A stretch of 64,000 bases of DNA, from contig JBAYIT010000002.1 of the NCBI GenBank assembly GCA_041665485.1, positions 261,867 to 325,866 of the forward strand, in the 5' to 3' direction. Position numbers and translations under genes: made by a program. Source of the DNA: Candidatus Shapirobacteria bacterium. GTDB lineage: Bacteria > Patescibacteriota > Microgenomatia > UBA12405. Positions 26,746-36,554 of the stretch are shown in pieces. Position 1 is the first letter of the stretch. Every line of letters begins with the position of its first letter. Under the pieces are notes generated by a model. That model did not search any database. It was not told the origin of the DNA and saw only the letters and a program-made list of their open reading frames with translations.

Positions 26746-28686
26746 ATGTGGCTTGAATTAAAAGATATTGATCTTCAAACAACTACTCCTGAAGAAATCG
26801 GCCAGATTTTAATCGACGCTAAAAAGGCCTACTACACTTCCGGCAAACCGGTTATGTCAGACCACACCTACGACACTCTCGAGGCTATCTTACGTCAAAA
26901 AAACCCCCACCATCGGCTTTTCCAAAAAGTTGGTAATGCAAATTTTGACACCGGTTTTGCCAAAAAACACCATATCATGCCCATGGGATCCCAAAATAAA
27001 GTCACCAGTTTTCCTGATCTTGTTCACTATTTTGAATTAAAAAAAATTTCCACTGACACTGTATTTGTAATACAACCAAAATGTGATGGCATTTCTCTAG
27101 AAATTATTTATAAAAATGGTCAGCTCGTCCAAGCCATTACTCGGGGTGATGGGCAAATAGGGGATGTTATTACCCAAAACGTCGTCAAAATGCAAAATTT
27201 CGTGATGGGCCTACCAAACCATCTGTCATGTTCCGTTCGTTGCGAAATCGTCGTTACTCAAAAAGATTTTCAAAATCTTAATCAAATATCCGACGAAAAA
27301 TACAGTAATCCTCGCAATGCTGCCTCGGGTCTATCTCAACGACTAGATTCCAAATACTCAGAATTTTGTTCTCTCTTTGCCGTCGATATGTTCCCCAATT
27401 TAGCCACCATCAACGACGAAATTAATTATCTAAAATCATATGGGTTTACTACCATTGACTCCCACATCTGTAATAACTTTGACGCCATCGAAAAAATTTA
27501 CCAAAAATTTTTGGAAAAGGACCGGCTGACTTACCCCTTCGATATCGACGGCCTAGTAGTCAAAATCAATGATTTGAAACTTGCCCAAACTCTCGGTTCT
27601 CAAAATAATCGCCCCAAATTTCAAGTCGCTTATAAATTCCCCGCCTCCACCAATCAAACACAACTACTCGAAGTTAATTGGCAAACCGGCCCCATGGGCA
27701 CCATCACTCCCGTAGCCAAAATCGAGCCCGTCGAAATCTCCGGCGCCATTATTTCCTACGTCTCTTTAGCCAATTTTGATCTTGTCAAAGATTTAAACCT
27801 CAATCTAGGCGACATTGTCGAAGTTAGCCGTCGCGGCGACGTTATTCCCCATATCGATAAAGTTGTTAATAAAATCAAACCAGGTCATCTAGAAGCTCCA
27901 AAACTTTGCCCCACTTGTCACAGTTTACTGATCACAGATCACAAGTTTATAAAGTGTCCCAACAAATTCGGTTGCCCCGCCCAAACTCTTGGCCTCCTCC
28001 GTCTCTTTTGCCAAACACTAGAGATTAAAGGTATCTCCGACAAAACTATCGAAAAATTGGCTACTGCCGGCAAAATTCAACTTCCGGGTGACTTATACGA
28101 TCTAAAAATCGGCGATTTTATTGATCTGACTGGTCTTGGGCAAAAGTCCGGCGCCAATATTATCAATCAAATCCAAGCCAAAAAAATATTGAGCGTAGTC
28201 GAAATATTTGACTCCGCCATTATCCCCAATTTTTCTGCCAAACGCATCAAAGAAGTTGTGAATGCCGGTTTCGACACCCCCGAAAAACTAGAAAAATTAA
28301 ATCTGTCCGACTTAATTCAAATTCCCGGATTCAAATCCACCTTAGCCCAAAAAATCATCGACGGTCTAAACCAGCGCCAACCCGTTATAAAATCTATACT
28401 CGATAAAGTAGAAATTAAAAATTTAAAATTTAAAATTTCAAATTTAAAATTAGTCAACAAAACTTTTGTTATTACCGGCGATCTTTCCGTTCCCCGCAAA
28501 AATATCGAAAAACTAATTGAAGACAATGGTGGCCAAGTTCTTTCGGCCGTCAGCCAAAATACTTCTTATTTAATTACCAACTCACCCTCTAACTCAAGTA
28601 AGTATCTCACCGCTCAAAAGCTCAATGTTAAAATCATCACTGAGGCCGAATTTAGTAAACTCCTAAACAAAAATGGAAACTTTTGA
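26746..28686 (+). CDS. ligA: NAD-dependent DNA ligase
   Basis: KCDG adenylation motif, TRGDG, NPRNAASG, DGLVVK, AYKF, Zn finger, BRCT. Confidence 0.97.
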   Translation: MWLELKDIDLQTTTPEEIGQILIDAKKAYYTSGKPVMSDHTYDTLEAILRQKNPHHRLFQKVGNANFDTGFAKKHHIMPMGSQNKVTSFPDLVHYFELKKISTDTVFVIQPKCDGISLEIIYKNGQLVQAITRGDGQIGDVITQNVVKMQNFVMGLPNHLSCSVRCEIVVTQKDFQNLNQISDEKYSNPRNAASGLSQRLDSKYSEFCSLFAVDMFPNLATINDEINYLKSYGFTTIDSHICNNFDAIEKIYQKFLEKDRLTYPFDIDGLVVKINDLKLAQTLGSQNNRPKFQVAYKFPASTNQTQLLEVNWQTGPMGTITPVAKIEPVEISGAIISYVSLANFDLVKDLNLNLGDIVEVSRRGDVIPHIDKVVNKIKPGHLEAPKLCPTCHSLLITDHKFIKCPNKFGCPAQTLGLLRLFCQTLEIKGISDKTIEKLATAGKIQLPGDLYDLKIGDFIDLTGLGQKSGANIINQIQAKKILSVVEIFDSAIIPNFSAKRIKEVVNAGFDTPEKLEKLNLSDLIQIPGFKSTLAQKIIDGLNQRQPVIKSILDKVEIKNLKFKISNLKLVNKTFVITGDLSVPRKNIEKLIEDNGGQVLSAVSQNTSYLITNSPSNSSKYLTAQKLNVKIITEAEFSKLLNKNGNF

Positions 28687-28936
28687 TCCTGACCGTTTGA
28701 ACAGAAACAACATTACAATCGAGCCCTGCCTAACTCTAATCAGACGTGGATGTCCCAACCCTGAACTTCCTTGCACTCTTTGCCCTTTTGCCCAAGCTGA
28801 CCACCAAAATATTCGTGAAGAATTTAGGCTTAGGGGCAATAAAACTAGGCGACCAAACAGAACGATTATCACTAGCACTCCAAGCATAATCATCTCTAAT
28901 TGCGACGGACAAGTTACAATAACTCCTCGGCGATAA
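28673..28936 (+). CDS. Small hypothetical protein with a Cys cluster
   Basis: Fills the gap after ligA; C-x7-C-x6-C-x2-C. Confidence 0.45.
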   Translation: METFDPDRLNRNNITIEPCLTLIRRGCPNPELPCTLCPFAQADHQNIREEFRLRGNKTRRPNRTIITSTPSIIISNCDGQVTITPRR

Positions 28937-28941
28937 CATCT

Positions 28942-29391
28942 ATGGTTTTTAAAAACCGCTCTGAATCTGCCCAACTCCTTTCTCAAAAAATTAAGGAGGA
29001 AATCGGAGCCGACTTCGCCCTCACCTACATCAGTCCCGACTCCCAGTCCTTCGCCCAACTCCTCGCCAACAACTTAAAAACAAACCCCAAATTTCTTCCT
29101 GATCTTTTTTCAAATTCCGAAGCGAAGCGGAGTCCGTCTCAGACGGATAAATTCGTAGATTCGTTAATTCGTAGATTCGTAATAATCGATGAAGGTTCTA
29201 CCAATTCCCAAGAATACAACGAATTTACTGACAGAATTAGAAAGACTTTTCCTCAAACCAAAATAATCATTGCTATTCCTGTCATCCCCGAATCAGAAAA
29301 ATCCCAACTCGAAGCCAATTGTGATACCCTTATTTATCTTCATGCCGATCCTTATTTTTTCTCAATTAACCAATTCTACCAAGAAAACTAA
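28942..29391 (+). CDS. Degenerate phosphoribosyltransferase-like protein
   Basis: MVFKNRSESAQLL start, IIDEG, IIIAIPV, FFSINQFY match the standalone PRTase-like family; central part missing. Confidence 0.7.
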   Translation: MVFKNRSESAQLLSQKIKEEIGADFALTYISPDSQSFAQLLANNLKTNPKFLPDLFSNSEAKRSPSQTDKFVDSLIRRFVIIDEGSTNSQEYNEFTDRIRKTFPQTKIIIAIPVIPESEKSQLEANCDTLIYLHADPYFFSINQFYQEN

Positions 29392-29478
29392 CTTAGCAGC
29401 CAACACAGTCGACTGCTAATACCTAGTCAAAATCTATTAATGCCTATCAATCCATATAATATATATACTAACTAGATC

Positions 29479-29955
29479 ATGAAAACACTTTTTATCGGTC
29501 TGGGAAATCCAGGCAAAATTTACCAAAATACCCGTCATAACATCGGCCAGACCATCATCGATAGGCTAGGGGATTCACCTCAAAACTCGCTCTTTTTAAA
29601 GACCGATCAATACATGAATAACTCCGGGCTGTTTGTCCAAAAAACTGTCAATTTTTACAAAATCACTCCCGACCATCTTTACATCATCCACGACGACCTC
29701 GACCTCGGGGTAGGGGAGTGGCGCTTACAATTTGACCGTGGCCCTGCCGGCCACCATGGCGTTGAATCAATTATTCAACATCTTGGTACCAGAAGGTTTT
29801 GGCGCTTCCGCATTGGCATCGGCCGTCCTCCGGAAAACATCCCGGTGGAGGACTACGTCCTCAAACCCTTTATGCCAGCTGAAAAAGTGCTTATTAAGGA
29901 AGTTGTTGATAAAATAGTCACTGAAATCGACAAGCTTTCCTCTAAGGGCCTATAG
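29479..29955 (+). CDS. pth: Peptidyl-tRNA hydrolase
   Basis: GLGNPG..Y..TRHNIG, YMNNSG, HDDLD, GHHG, RIGIGRP. Confidence 0.96.
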   Translation: MKTLFIGLGNPGKIYQNTRHNIGQTIIDRLGDSPQNSLFLKTDQYMNNSGLFVQKTVNFYKITPDHLYIIHDDLDLGVGEWRLQFDRGPAGHHGVESIIQHLGTRRFWRFRIGIGRPPENIPVEDYVLKPFMPAEKVLIKEVVDKIVTEIDKLSSKGL

Positions 29956-30016
29956 TTAAACGGTATAACGTACCCTTCGCATGGGTATATTCTGGGTTCA
30001 ATTCCCAGTAGGTCCA
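29946..30016 (+). tRNA. tRNA-Ala(CGC)
   Basis: Cloverleaf with GGGCCTA/TAGGTCC acceptor and G3:U70, anticodon loop TTCGCAT, A73; CCA not encoded. Confidence 0.92.
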
Positions 30017-30074
30017 CCGCATTCGCACTGCGCCCGCCGAAGCGATAGCAGAGGAGAGTTGCGGAAAGGTCCAC

Positions 30075-31220
30075 ATGATTAAACCTAACTATCAAAACGG
30101 CAGCATCGTCAACCTCATGGCTTCAATTAAAAACGCCTTGGGTGGAAAATCTCTCTACCAACCTCTCAAAGACTTTGAAATTTCCCAATCACAAAACATT
30201 ATTTTGGTAATAATCGATGGTCTGGGCTACGACTATCTCCTTAAATATGGCAAAGACAGCTTCCTATATAAAAACCTGAAGAGAAAAATGACTTCGGTTT
30301 TTCCGGCCACCACTGCCGCCGCCATCACCACCTATTTCACTGGCCTGCCTCCCCAGCAACACGCTCTCACTGGCTGGTACATGTACCTCAAAGAAATCGG
30401 TGCCCTGTCTCTTATCTTGCCCTTCACTACTCGAACAGGTAATCTTTCCCTCCACCAAGGCAACGTCAACTATCAAGATATTTACAATCAAAAAACCATC
30501 TTTGAAAATATCCCGGTAACTTCCTATTCCGTCAAAGACAAAGCCTATATCCATTCCGACTACTCCCGCCTGGTCGACAAAGGCGCTAATCAGTTGCCGT
30601 TTTCCAATCTCAATGGTTTTTTTAGACAGATACATAAGGCCCTAACCACCAGCCAAGACAAAAAATATATTCTCGCTTATTGGGCCAAATTCGATTATTT
30701 ATGCCACAAATACGGCACTGAAAGTTTGGAAACCAAAAAGCATTTTGACGAATTAGATCGTAAAATTAAACTTTTAGCCAAATCTTTGGTCAATAAAAAC
30801 ACCACTCTTATCGTTTCTGCCGATCATGGCTTAATCGATGTTAGTAAAGAAAAAATTATCGATTTAAAAGATCACCCTAAATTCACCGAAACTTTAGCCA
30901 TCCCACTCTCTGGCGAGCCACGGGCGGTTTACTGTTATGTTAGGCCGGCCAAAGTCAAACAATTCAAAAAATATGTTGCCACTAACTTCAAAAAATATTG
31001 CCGTCTCTTTAAAAGCGAAGATTTAATCAAACGTAACCTCTTTGGCCTCTTTGAGCCCAATCCAAAATTACAGGACAGAATCGGCGATTACGTTTTAATT
31101 ATGAAAAAAGATTATGTTATCAAAGACCAGGTTCTCGGAGAAATCCAACACGCCAACATCGGCCGTCATGGTGGCATGAGCCACCAAGAAATGTTCGTAC
31201 CGCTAATTATCATCGAATAA
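30075..31220 (+). CDS. Alkaline phosphatase superfamily nucleotide pyrophosphatase/phosphodiesterase
   Basis: IIDGLG, SVFPATT, D...H..G, SADHG, GRHGG. Confidence 0.9.
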   Translation: MIKPNYQNGSIVNLMASIKNALGGKSLYQPLKDFEISQSQNIILVIIDGLGYDYLLKYGKDSFLYKNLKRKMTSVFPATTAAAITTYFTGLPPQQHALTGWYMYLKEIGALSLILPFTTRTGNLSLHQGNVNYQDIYNQKTIFENIPVTSYSVKDKAYIHSDYSRLVDKGANQLPFSNLNGFFRQIHKALTTSQDKKYILAYWAKFDYLCHKYGTESLETKKHFDELDRKIKLLAKSLVNKNTTLIVSADHGLIDVSKEKIIDLKDHPKFTETLAIPLSGEPRAVYCYVRPAKVKQFKKYVATNFKKYCRLFKSEDLIKRNLFGLFEPNPKLQDRIGDYVLIMKKDYVIKDQVLGEIQHANIGRHGGMSHQEMFVPLIIIE

Positions 31221-31311
31221 AATCTACTACCCGCTCCCCTCCGTTTCTGCTTCAACAACTATATCCACTGTACATATATAATATATATTTCATCTGATAT
31301 AATTATAGGAC

Positions 31312-31905
31312 ATGAACACATTAGAGGGCCTGACTGTTCCTTCTGATAGAATCCCCATTGCCGTCGCCCTGTCTCAACTTGGAGTACCTTTGTCTCTTCT
31401 ACAACCTGACATTAATACCGCCATGGAAAAACTAATTGCAAGTAGTCAAGAACCCATTACTCTTCCCCTCCTTGTTACCACCATTGCCATCGCTTTACAA
31501 ATTGGCGCCGACACCGTTACTGCCACCAGAACCGGTCAAACAGCCAATCCATTTTCTCAAAAAGTTCTGGACGTAAACAACAACTGCCTTAAGGCAGCCT
31601 TAATCAATACAGCTTGCGGATTTATCAGTGGCCTGCCAATCATGTCTGCTATTTCCCGAGGCAACCCAAGCGAGCTCCCAAAAACCATTGCTAGTTATAC
31701 AATTGGCATCCTAGCTTTTACTTTAATCGTTGACGGTCTAATTAACCTCGGTCTTGCCGATAGAACTACCCAACTTATAGATAAAACAACGAGTATGGCC
31801 CGGACAAAACTAGAACAAGTTTTAAACCAGGGAATTGATATTTCTCTTCAATACCAAGAGTTTTTAGCGACAACAGCAATTCAACCCCGACCATTACCGT
31901 ACTAG
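31312..31905 (+). CDS. Hypothetical membrane protein
   Basis: Several hydrophobic segments; TATAAT upstream. Confidence 0.65.
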   Translation: MNTLEGLTVPSDRIPIAVALSQLGVPLSLLQPDINTAMEKLIASSQEPITLPLLVTTIAIALQIGADTVTATRTGQTANPFSQKVLDVNNNCLKAALINTACGFISGLPIMSAISRGNPSELPKTIASYTIGILAFTLIVDGLINLGLADRTTQLIDKTTSMARTKLEQVLNQGIDISLQYQEFLATTAIQPRPLPY

Positions 31906-31917
31906 TATAATTGATCA

Positions 31918-32208
31918 ATGTCCCTCACCAAACCCACCCTTCTAGCCGATACACTCTTTAAATTCAAAGACACCCTGGCCAAACGGAAAAAGTATGTCAA
32001 AAATCAGCATCAGGCCTACGGCCTAATGCTGGCCGAAGAGCTTGACGACTGGAAAAACCGCGCTCTTTACATTCGTCTGGCCAAAAACACCGATCAGCAA
32101 GTTTTAGAAAAAGCCCGTCTTTTTGTTAAAGACCAGCTTCGAGGAACAGTTAAATCTAAAGTCAAACTCTTTATGTGGAAATTAGGTCAACTCAACCACC
32201 CCCTATAA
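31918..32208 (+). CDS. Small basic hypothetical protein
   Basis: 96-aa ORF with TATAAT 6 nt upstream. Confidence 0.7.
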   Translation: MSLTKPTLLADTLFKFKDTLAKRKKYVKNQHQAYGLMLAEELDDWKNRALYIRLAKNTDQQVLEKARLFVKDQLRGTVKSKVKLFMWKLGQLNHPL

Positions 32209-32227
32209 TAGGGTATAATACTAACCT

Positions 32228-33283
32228 ATGGATTTCCTCAAGAAAAATTGGCTAAAAATTGTCGCGGTTATTGTCGTTGGTTTCTTGGTTTTTAATATTA
32301 TTAAAGCCAAAACAGCCAAACCAGATTCTCAAACCACTCTCACCCCTAAAGATGTCGTTGTCACTCCAAAAATAGCCGATATTTCCGAGAAATTAACTCT
32401 CGCTGGTTCAATTTCCGCCAATGATGTCGCTACCCTTCATTTCCCCACTGCCGGCAAAATGGTCTGGGTAGGCGTCAAAGTAGGGGATAGAGTCAAAAAA
32501 TGGCAAGCCATCGCCTCTCTTGACAAACAACAACTTAAAAAAAATCTCCAAGCTCAATTCAACAACTACCGCACCAGTCTTTCTCAATTTCAAGATACTC
32601 AAGATCAGTATCAGCAAACTCGCGACAAATATTTAGTCACCGACACTATTAAGAGAATTCTCGAACGCACCAATTATTCTCTTGATAATTCGGTTATTAA
32701 TTACGAAATCGCCGATATGGCCATTGCCGATTCAACTCTCACCACCCCTATCGCTGGTGTAGTTATCAGTATCGACAAACCTCTGGCCGGCGTCAATGTT
32801 AGTCCAACCGACACCTTTGTTATTATCAATCCCGAATCGATTTATTTTCAGTCCGACATTGATCAGGAAGAGGTTTCCCAAGTCAAAATAGGAGACTCTG
32901 CCACCATTACTCTCGATAGCTTTCCCAGCCAAGTTCTGGAATCAAAAATTACCTATATTTCCTTTGTCCCAGTTGCCGGCCAATCTTCAACCGTTTATCA
33001 AGCCAGATTTAATCTCCCAATCATTAGCAACCAAGATTTATCTTACCGCCTCGGTATGAGTGGCGATGTCACCACCACCCTCAAACAAGCCGCCAATGCC
33101 CTCACTATCCCTCTTGATGCTCTCTACACCGACGACACCAGTGCTTCTTCATACGTTCTTATCAAAGATACCCTAACCGAACTTTCCCGTCGCCCTGTCA
33201 AAACCGGTATTGAAAACGACACCGATGTTCAAATTTTAGAAGGCTTATCTCCCAATGAATCCATTGTCATCAAGAAAAAGTAA
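32228..33283 (+). CDS. Membrane fusion protein (MacA/HlyD-like)
   Basis: N-terminal TM, VKVGDRVKK and LTTPIAGVV lipoyl halves, coiled coil. Confidence 0.92.
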   Translation: MDFLKKNWLKIVAVIVVGFLVFNIIKAKTAKPDSQTTLTPKDVVVTPKIADISEKLTLAGSISANDVATLHFPTAGKMVWVGVKVGDRVKKWQAIASLDKQQLKKNLQAQFNNYRTSLSQFQDTQDQYQQTRDKYLVTDTIKRILERTNYSLDNSVINYEIADMAIADSTLTTPIAGVVISIDKPLAGVNVSPTDTFVIINPESIYFQSDIDQEEVSQVKIGDSATITLDSFPSQVLESKITYISFVPVAGQSSTVYQARFNLPIISNQDLSYRLGMSGDVTTTLKQAANALTIPLDALYTDDTSASSYVLIKDTLTELSRRPVKTGIENDTDVQILEGLSPNESIVIKKK

Positions 33284-33953
33284 ATCTCCTCCGGTCCTCG
33301 AACTTCGCCATATTGTTAAGACTTACACCTCTGGCAACACTACTTTCAATGCTCTTGATGGCGTCTCCTTAACTATCTGTAAAGGTGAATTTATTTCTAT
33401 TACCGGTCCCTCCGGCTCCGGCAAATCCACTCTAATGCACATTATTGGCCTTCTTGACAACCCCACCTCCGGAGAAGTTCTCCTCGAGAGTCAAAATATC
33501 TCCCATCTTAAGGAACATGAAATGGCTCGAGTCAGAAATGTTACTCTCGGCTTTGTCTTCCAACAATTCAACCTTCTTCCCAAAACTTCCTCGCTGGAAA
33601 ATGTCATGCTTCCACTTCTTTATTCTGATATTCCCAAATCAGAACATAAACGGATAGCCACCGAACTCTTAACCAGAGTTGGTCTCGAATCAAAACTCAA
33701 AAATACGCCCGCTCAGCTTTCCGGCGGCCAACAGCAACGGGTAGCCATTGCTCGAGCCTTGGTCAATAATCCCAAAATCATTCTCGCCGATGAACCTACT
33801 GGCAATCTCGACTCTAAATCCGGCAAAGAAATTATTGCCCTTCTTCACGAACTAAATAAAGAGGGGAGAACCATTGTTTTAGTCACCCACGACATAGAAT
33901 TAGCCAAACAAGCTCAAAAAATCGTTATTATCAAAGACGGCAAAATTGCCTAA
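33255..33953 (+). CDS. ABC transporter ATP-binding protein (MacB/LolD-like)
   Basis: [28 protein letters not shown]. Confidence 0.96.
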   Translation: MNPLSSRKSKSPPVLELRHIVKTYTSGNTTFNALDGVSLTICKGEFISITGPSGSGKSTLMHIIGLLDNPTSGEVLLESQNISHLKEHEMARVRNVTLGFVFQQFNLLPKTSSLENVMLPLLYSDIPKSEHKRIATELLTRVGLESKLKNTPAQLSGGQQQRVAIARALVNNPKIILADEPTGNLDSKSGKEIIALLHELNKEGRTIVLVTHDIELAKQAQKIVIIKDGKIA

Positions 33954-33955
33954 CC

Positions 33956-35188
33956 ATGTACCGCTTCAAACCCTCAATCAGTGATCTCGTCAAAAGCAGT
34001 GTTCAATCTATTCTCAAAAACAAAGGTCGCACCATTCTTACTTCTCTTGGCATAATTATTGGTGTAACTTCAGTCATTCTTTTAACCTCAATTGGCAATG
34101 GTCTAACCATCTACGTCAACTCTCAATTTGAAAGTTTAGGCTCCAACAGCATTTTTGTTTCTCCAGGCAAAATTTTCAATGACAATGGCGGTTTTAACAG
34201 TCAAGGTGGCGGTGGCCGGCTAGTTTCTACTAGTTTTGATCAAAAGAACATTACTAGTCTTGAAAGAGGTCTCCGCGGTTCTCAAATTGTTCCTATCTCT
34301 GTCGCCCAGGTTGACATTAAGTCGCCAAACTCTACTAAAAAGGGGCAGAGTGTCATCGGTTCAACCTACCGATATGGTCTGGCCACCAACAATTTTCCCT
34401 CCAGTTCTAATGGTCGCTGGTTCTCCCAAGAAGAAGAGAGCAAAAAAAGTAAAGTTATTGTTTTAGGTAACAAAATCGCTACCGATCTTTTCCCAAGTGG
34501 CAACGCTCTCGGTAAAAAAGTCATTGTCAAAGGCAAGAATTTAAAAGTAATAGGTATTAACGATAAAAAAGGTGGTTCTTTTGGCGGCCCAGACACTGAT
34601 AGTCAATCATTTGTTCCCATTGGCCTGGCCCAAGAATTCTCCGGTAGTGAAAAAATCCAGCAAATTCTTATCAAAACCCCCACTAAAGACCAAGTCACCG
34701 CCACCAAAACCAAAACTGAACAGATTCTTCTCAAAACTTTCGACAAAGACGCTTTTTCTGTTTTTGATAGCAGTCAACTCTTAAGTTCTATCAATTCTAT
34801 TATTGGCACATTAACAATTGCCCTCACTGGCATTGCCGCTATTTCCCTTGTTGTCGGCGGTATCGGCATTATGAATATCATGTTGGTCACCGTCTCCGAA
34901 AGAACCCGAGAGATAGGTCTGCGCAAAGCCGTTGGCGCTTACCCTCGAGCCATTTTACTTCAATTTCTGTTTGAAGCCGTTATTCTCTCTTCCGTCGGCG
35001 GCACTATTGGCATTTTACTCGGTTTTCTTGGCACTCTGGCCATTAATAATTTCTTCCCCGCTCAAGTTACTGTCGGCTCTGTCCTCCTTGCCTTCGGTGT
35101 CTCCTCACTTGTCGGTATAGTTTTTGGCGTCACCCCCGCCCGCAAAGCCTCTCAGCTCTCTCCCATCGAAGCCCTCCGCTACGAATAA
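33956..35188 (+). CDS. ABC transporter permease (MacB/FtsX-like)
   Basis: LTSLGIIIGV, GGIGIMNIML..V.ERTREIG, PIEALRYE. Confidence 0.95.
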   Translation: MYRFKPSISDLVKSSVQSILKNKGRTILTSLGIIIGVTSVILLTSIGNGLTIYVNSQFESLGSNSIFVSPGKIFNDNGGFNSQGGGGRLVSTSFDQKNITSLERGLRGSQIVPISVAQVDIKSPNSTKKGQSVIGSTYRYGLATNNFPSSSNGRWFSQEEESKKSKVIVLGNKIATDLFPSGNALGKKVIVKGKNLKVIGINDKKGGSFGGPDTDSQSFVPIGLAQEFSGSEKIQQILIKTPTKDQVTATKTKTEQILLKTFDKDAFSVFDSSQLLSSINSIIGTLTIALTGIAAISLVVGGIGIMNIMLVTVSERTREIGLRKAVGAYPRAILLQFLFEAVILSSVGGTIGILLGFLGTLAINNFFPAQVTVGSVLLAFGVSSLVGIVFGVTPARKASQLSPIEALRYE

Positions 35189-35210
35189 GCGCCCGTGTTA
35201 ATATTTAGTA

Positions 35211-35774
35211 GTGAAATCGGAAATTAAGCGCCATTTTTTGCCCCTATTGGGTATTTTTACCCTAACCTCTCTTTTTTGGGTTTTTGGCAAAGTTTCCTGG
35301 TTTCACTTTGTTTTTCTATTTTTTGGCCTAGCCTTCGGTTCTTTCTTTCTTGATCTTGACCATCTTATTTACTGGTTTTATCTTCGCCCCAATCTTGATG
35401 AAAGTCGCCAAGCCAAAATCCTCTGGAATAGTCGTGATTTTAAAGGCTTAATCAAACTTCTTGAACTTACCCATAAACAACACATTAGCCTCATCTTTCA
35501 CCATTATTTTGCTCAAATTATTCTCGTCCTCATCTCTCTTTTTGTCTTCACCTCCTCTAATAACGAATTTACTCAAGGTTTCCTTATTGCCATGAATCTT
35601 CATCTTCTTGTCGACGAATTCGAAGACTATCAGCACAACAAACACCACCTTCAAGACTGGTTGTTTGCCAGAGAAAACCGCCAAATTCCCCAGAAATACC
35701 TCCGCTATTATCTCGGACTGTTTTTTCTTACTACTCTTCTTTTTACTTTTCTTCTTATCCGATCCAAAATATGA
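35211..35774 (+). CDS. Membrane protein, metal-dependent hydrolase-like
   Basis: DLDH, FHH and HLLVD motifs between TM helices. Confidence 0.6.
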   Translation: MKSEIKRHFLPLLGIFTLTSLFWVFGKVSWFHFVFLFFGLAFGSFFLDLDHLIYWFYLRPNLDESRQAKILWNSRDFKGLIKLLELTHKQHISLIFHHYFAQIILVLISLFVFTSSNNEFTQGFLIAMNLHLLVDEFEDYQHNKHHLQDWLFARENRQIPQKYLRYYLGLFFLTTLLFTFLLIRSKI

Positions 35775-36286
35775 CCGATATTTCTACTAGTAATATTCTC
35801 GCTGCTCAAAAGTTTCTTAATCCTGCCCAAAAACTTCTCATCAATGACATCGAAATTGTTCTCAGTCGAATTGAAAACTTTGACCATATCAGTGATTATT
35901 CTTTCCTTGTTGCTCCCGCCGCCAAGGCCTACGAAGGCTATCTTAAAGATTTTTTCCTCAAAATCGGCCTCATCGATAAATACACCCACCAAAGCGACCG
36001 CTTTCGTGTTGGTAAAACTCTAAACCCTTCTCTTCGCTATAAACGTTTCTCCATCTTCCAAAAATTGGCCGATATTGACAACAACGGTGAAGCCCTAGCC
36101 GAAACTCTCTGGGACGCCTGGAAGTTTGGCCGCAACCAAATATTTCACTATTTTCCCAACAGTCTTCAAAGCCTCGATCGCCCTGAAGCCGAAAACCGCA
36201 TCGGCCTAATTCTTAAAGCCATTATCGAGTCAGGAGAATTCTACGCTCGTCACCAAAACGACCGCTCTATCTTACTTAACAAATAG
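35771..36286 (+). CDS. RnlA/RNase LS-like HEPN domain protein
   Basis: DYS..VAPAAKAYEGYLK and RNQIFH (RxxxxH). Confidence 0.7.
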   Translation: MTDISTSNILAAQKFLNPAQKLLINDIEIVLSRIENFDHISDYSFLVAPAAKAYEGYLKDFFLKIGLIDKYTHQSDRFRVGKTLNPSLRYKRFSIFQKLADIDNNGEALAETLWDAWKFGRNQIFHYFPNSLQSLDRPEAENRIGLILKAIIESGEFYARHQNDRSILLNK

Positions 36287-36332
36287 ACGTATCACGGTTC
36301 ACGTATTACGAATTACTTGTTATAATCTCGAT

Positions 36333-36554
36333 ATGAAAAAAATCATCGTCATCAATCAAGATAAATGTATTGGTTGCAACACCTGTCCACTTTTAGACCC
36401 CGACGTTTTTGAGCTCGATCAAACCAGCTATAAAGCTAAGGTCAAACAACAGCCCGACCCAATATCCGACAACACTAAAAACACCATTTCTTCTTGTCCA
36501 GTTGGCGCTATTTCTATTGAAGAAGTCATCGAAGATGAAAAAACTTCGGCCTAG
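36333..36554 (+). CDS. Ferredoxin (single cluster)
   Basis: CIGCNTC ... CPVGAI. Confidence 0.9.
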   Translation: MKKIIVINQDKCIGCNTCPLLDPDVFELDQTSYKAKVKQQPDPISDNTKNTISSCPVGAISIEEVIEDEKTSA

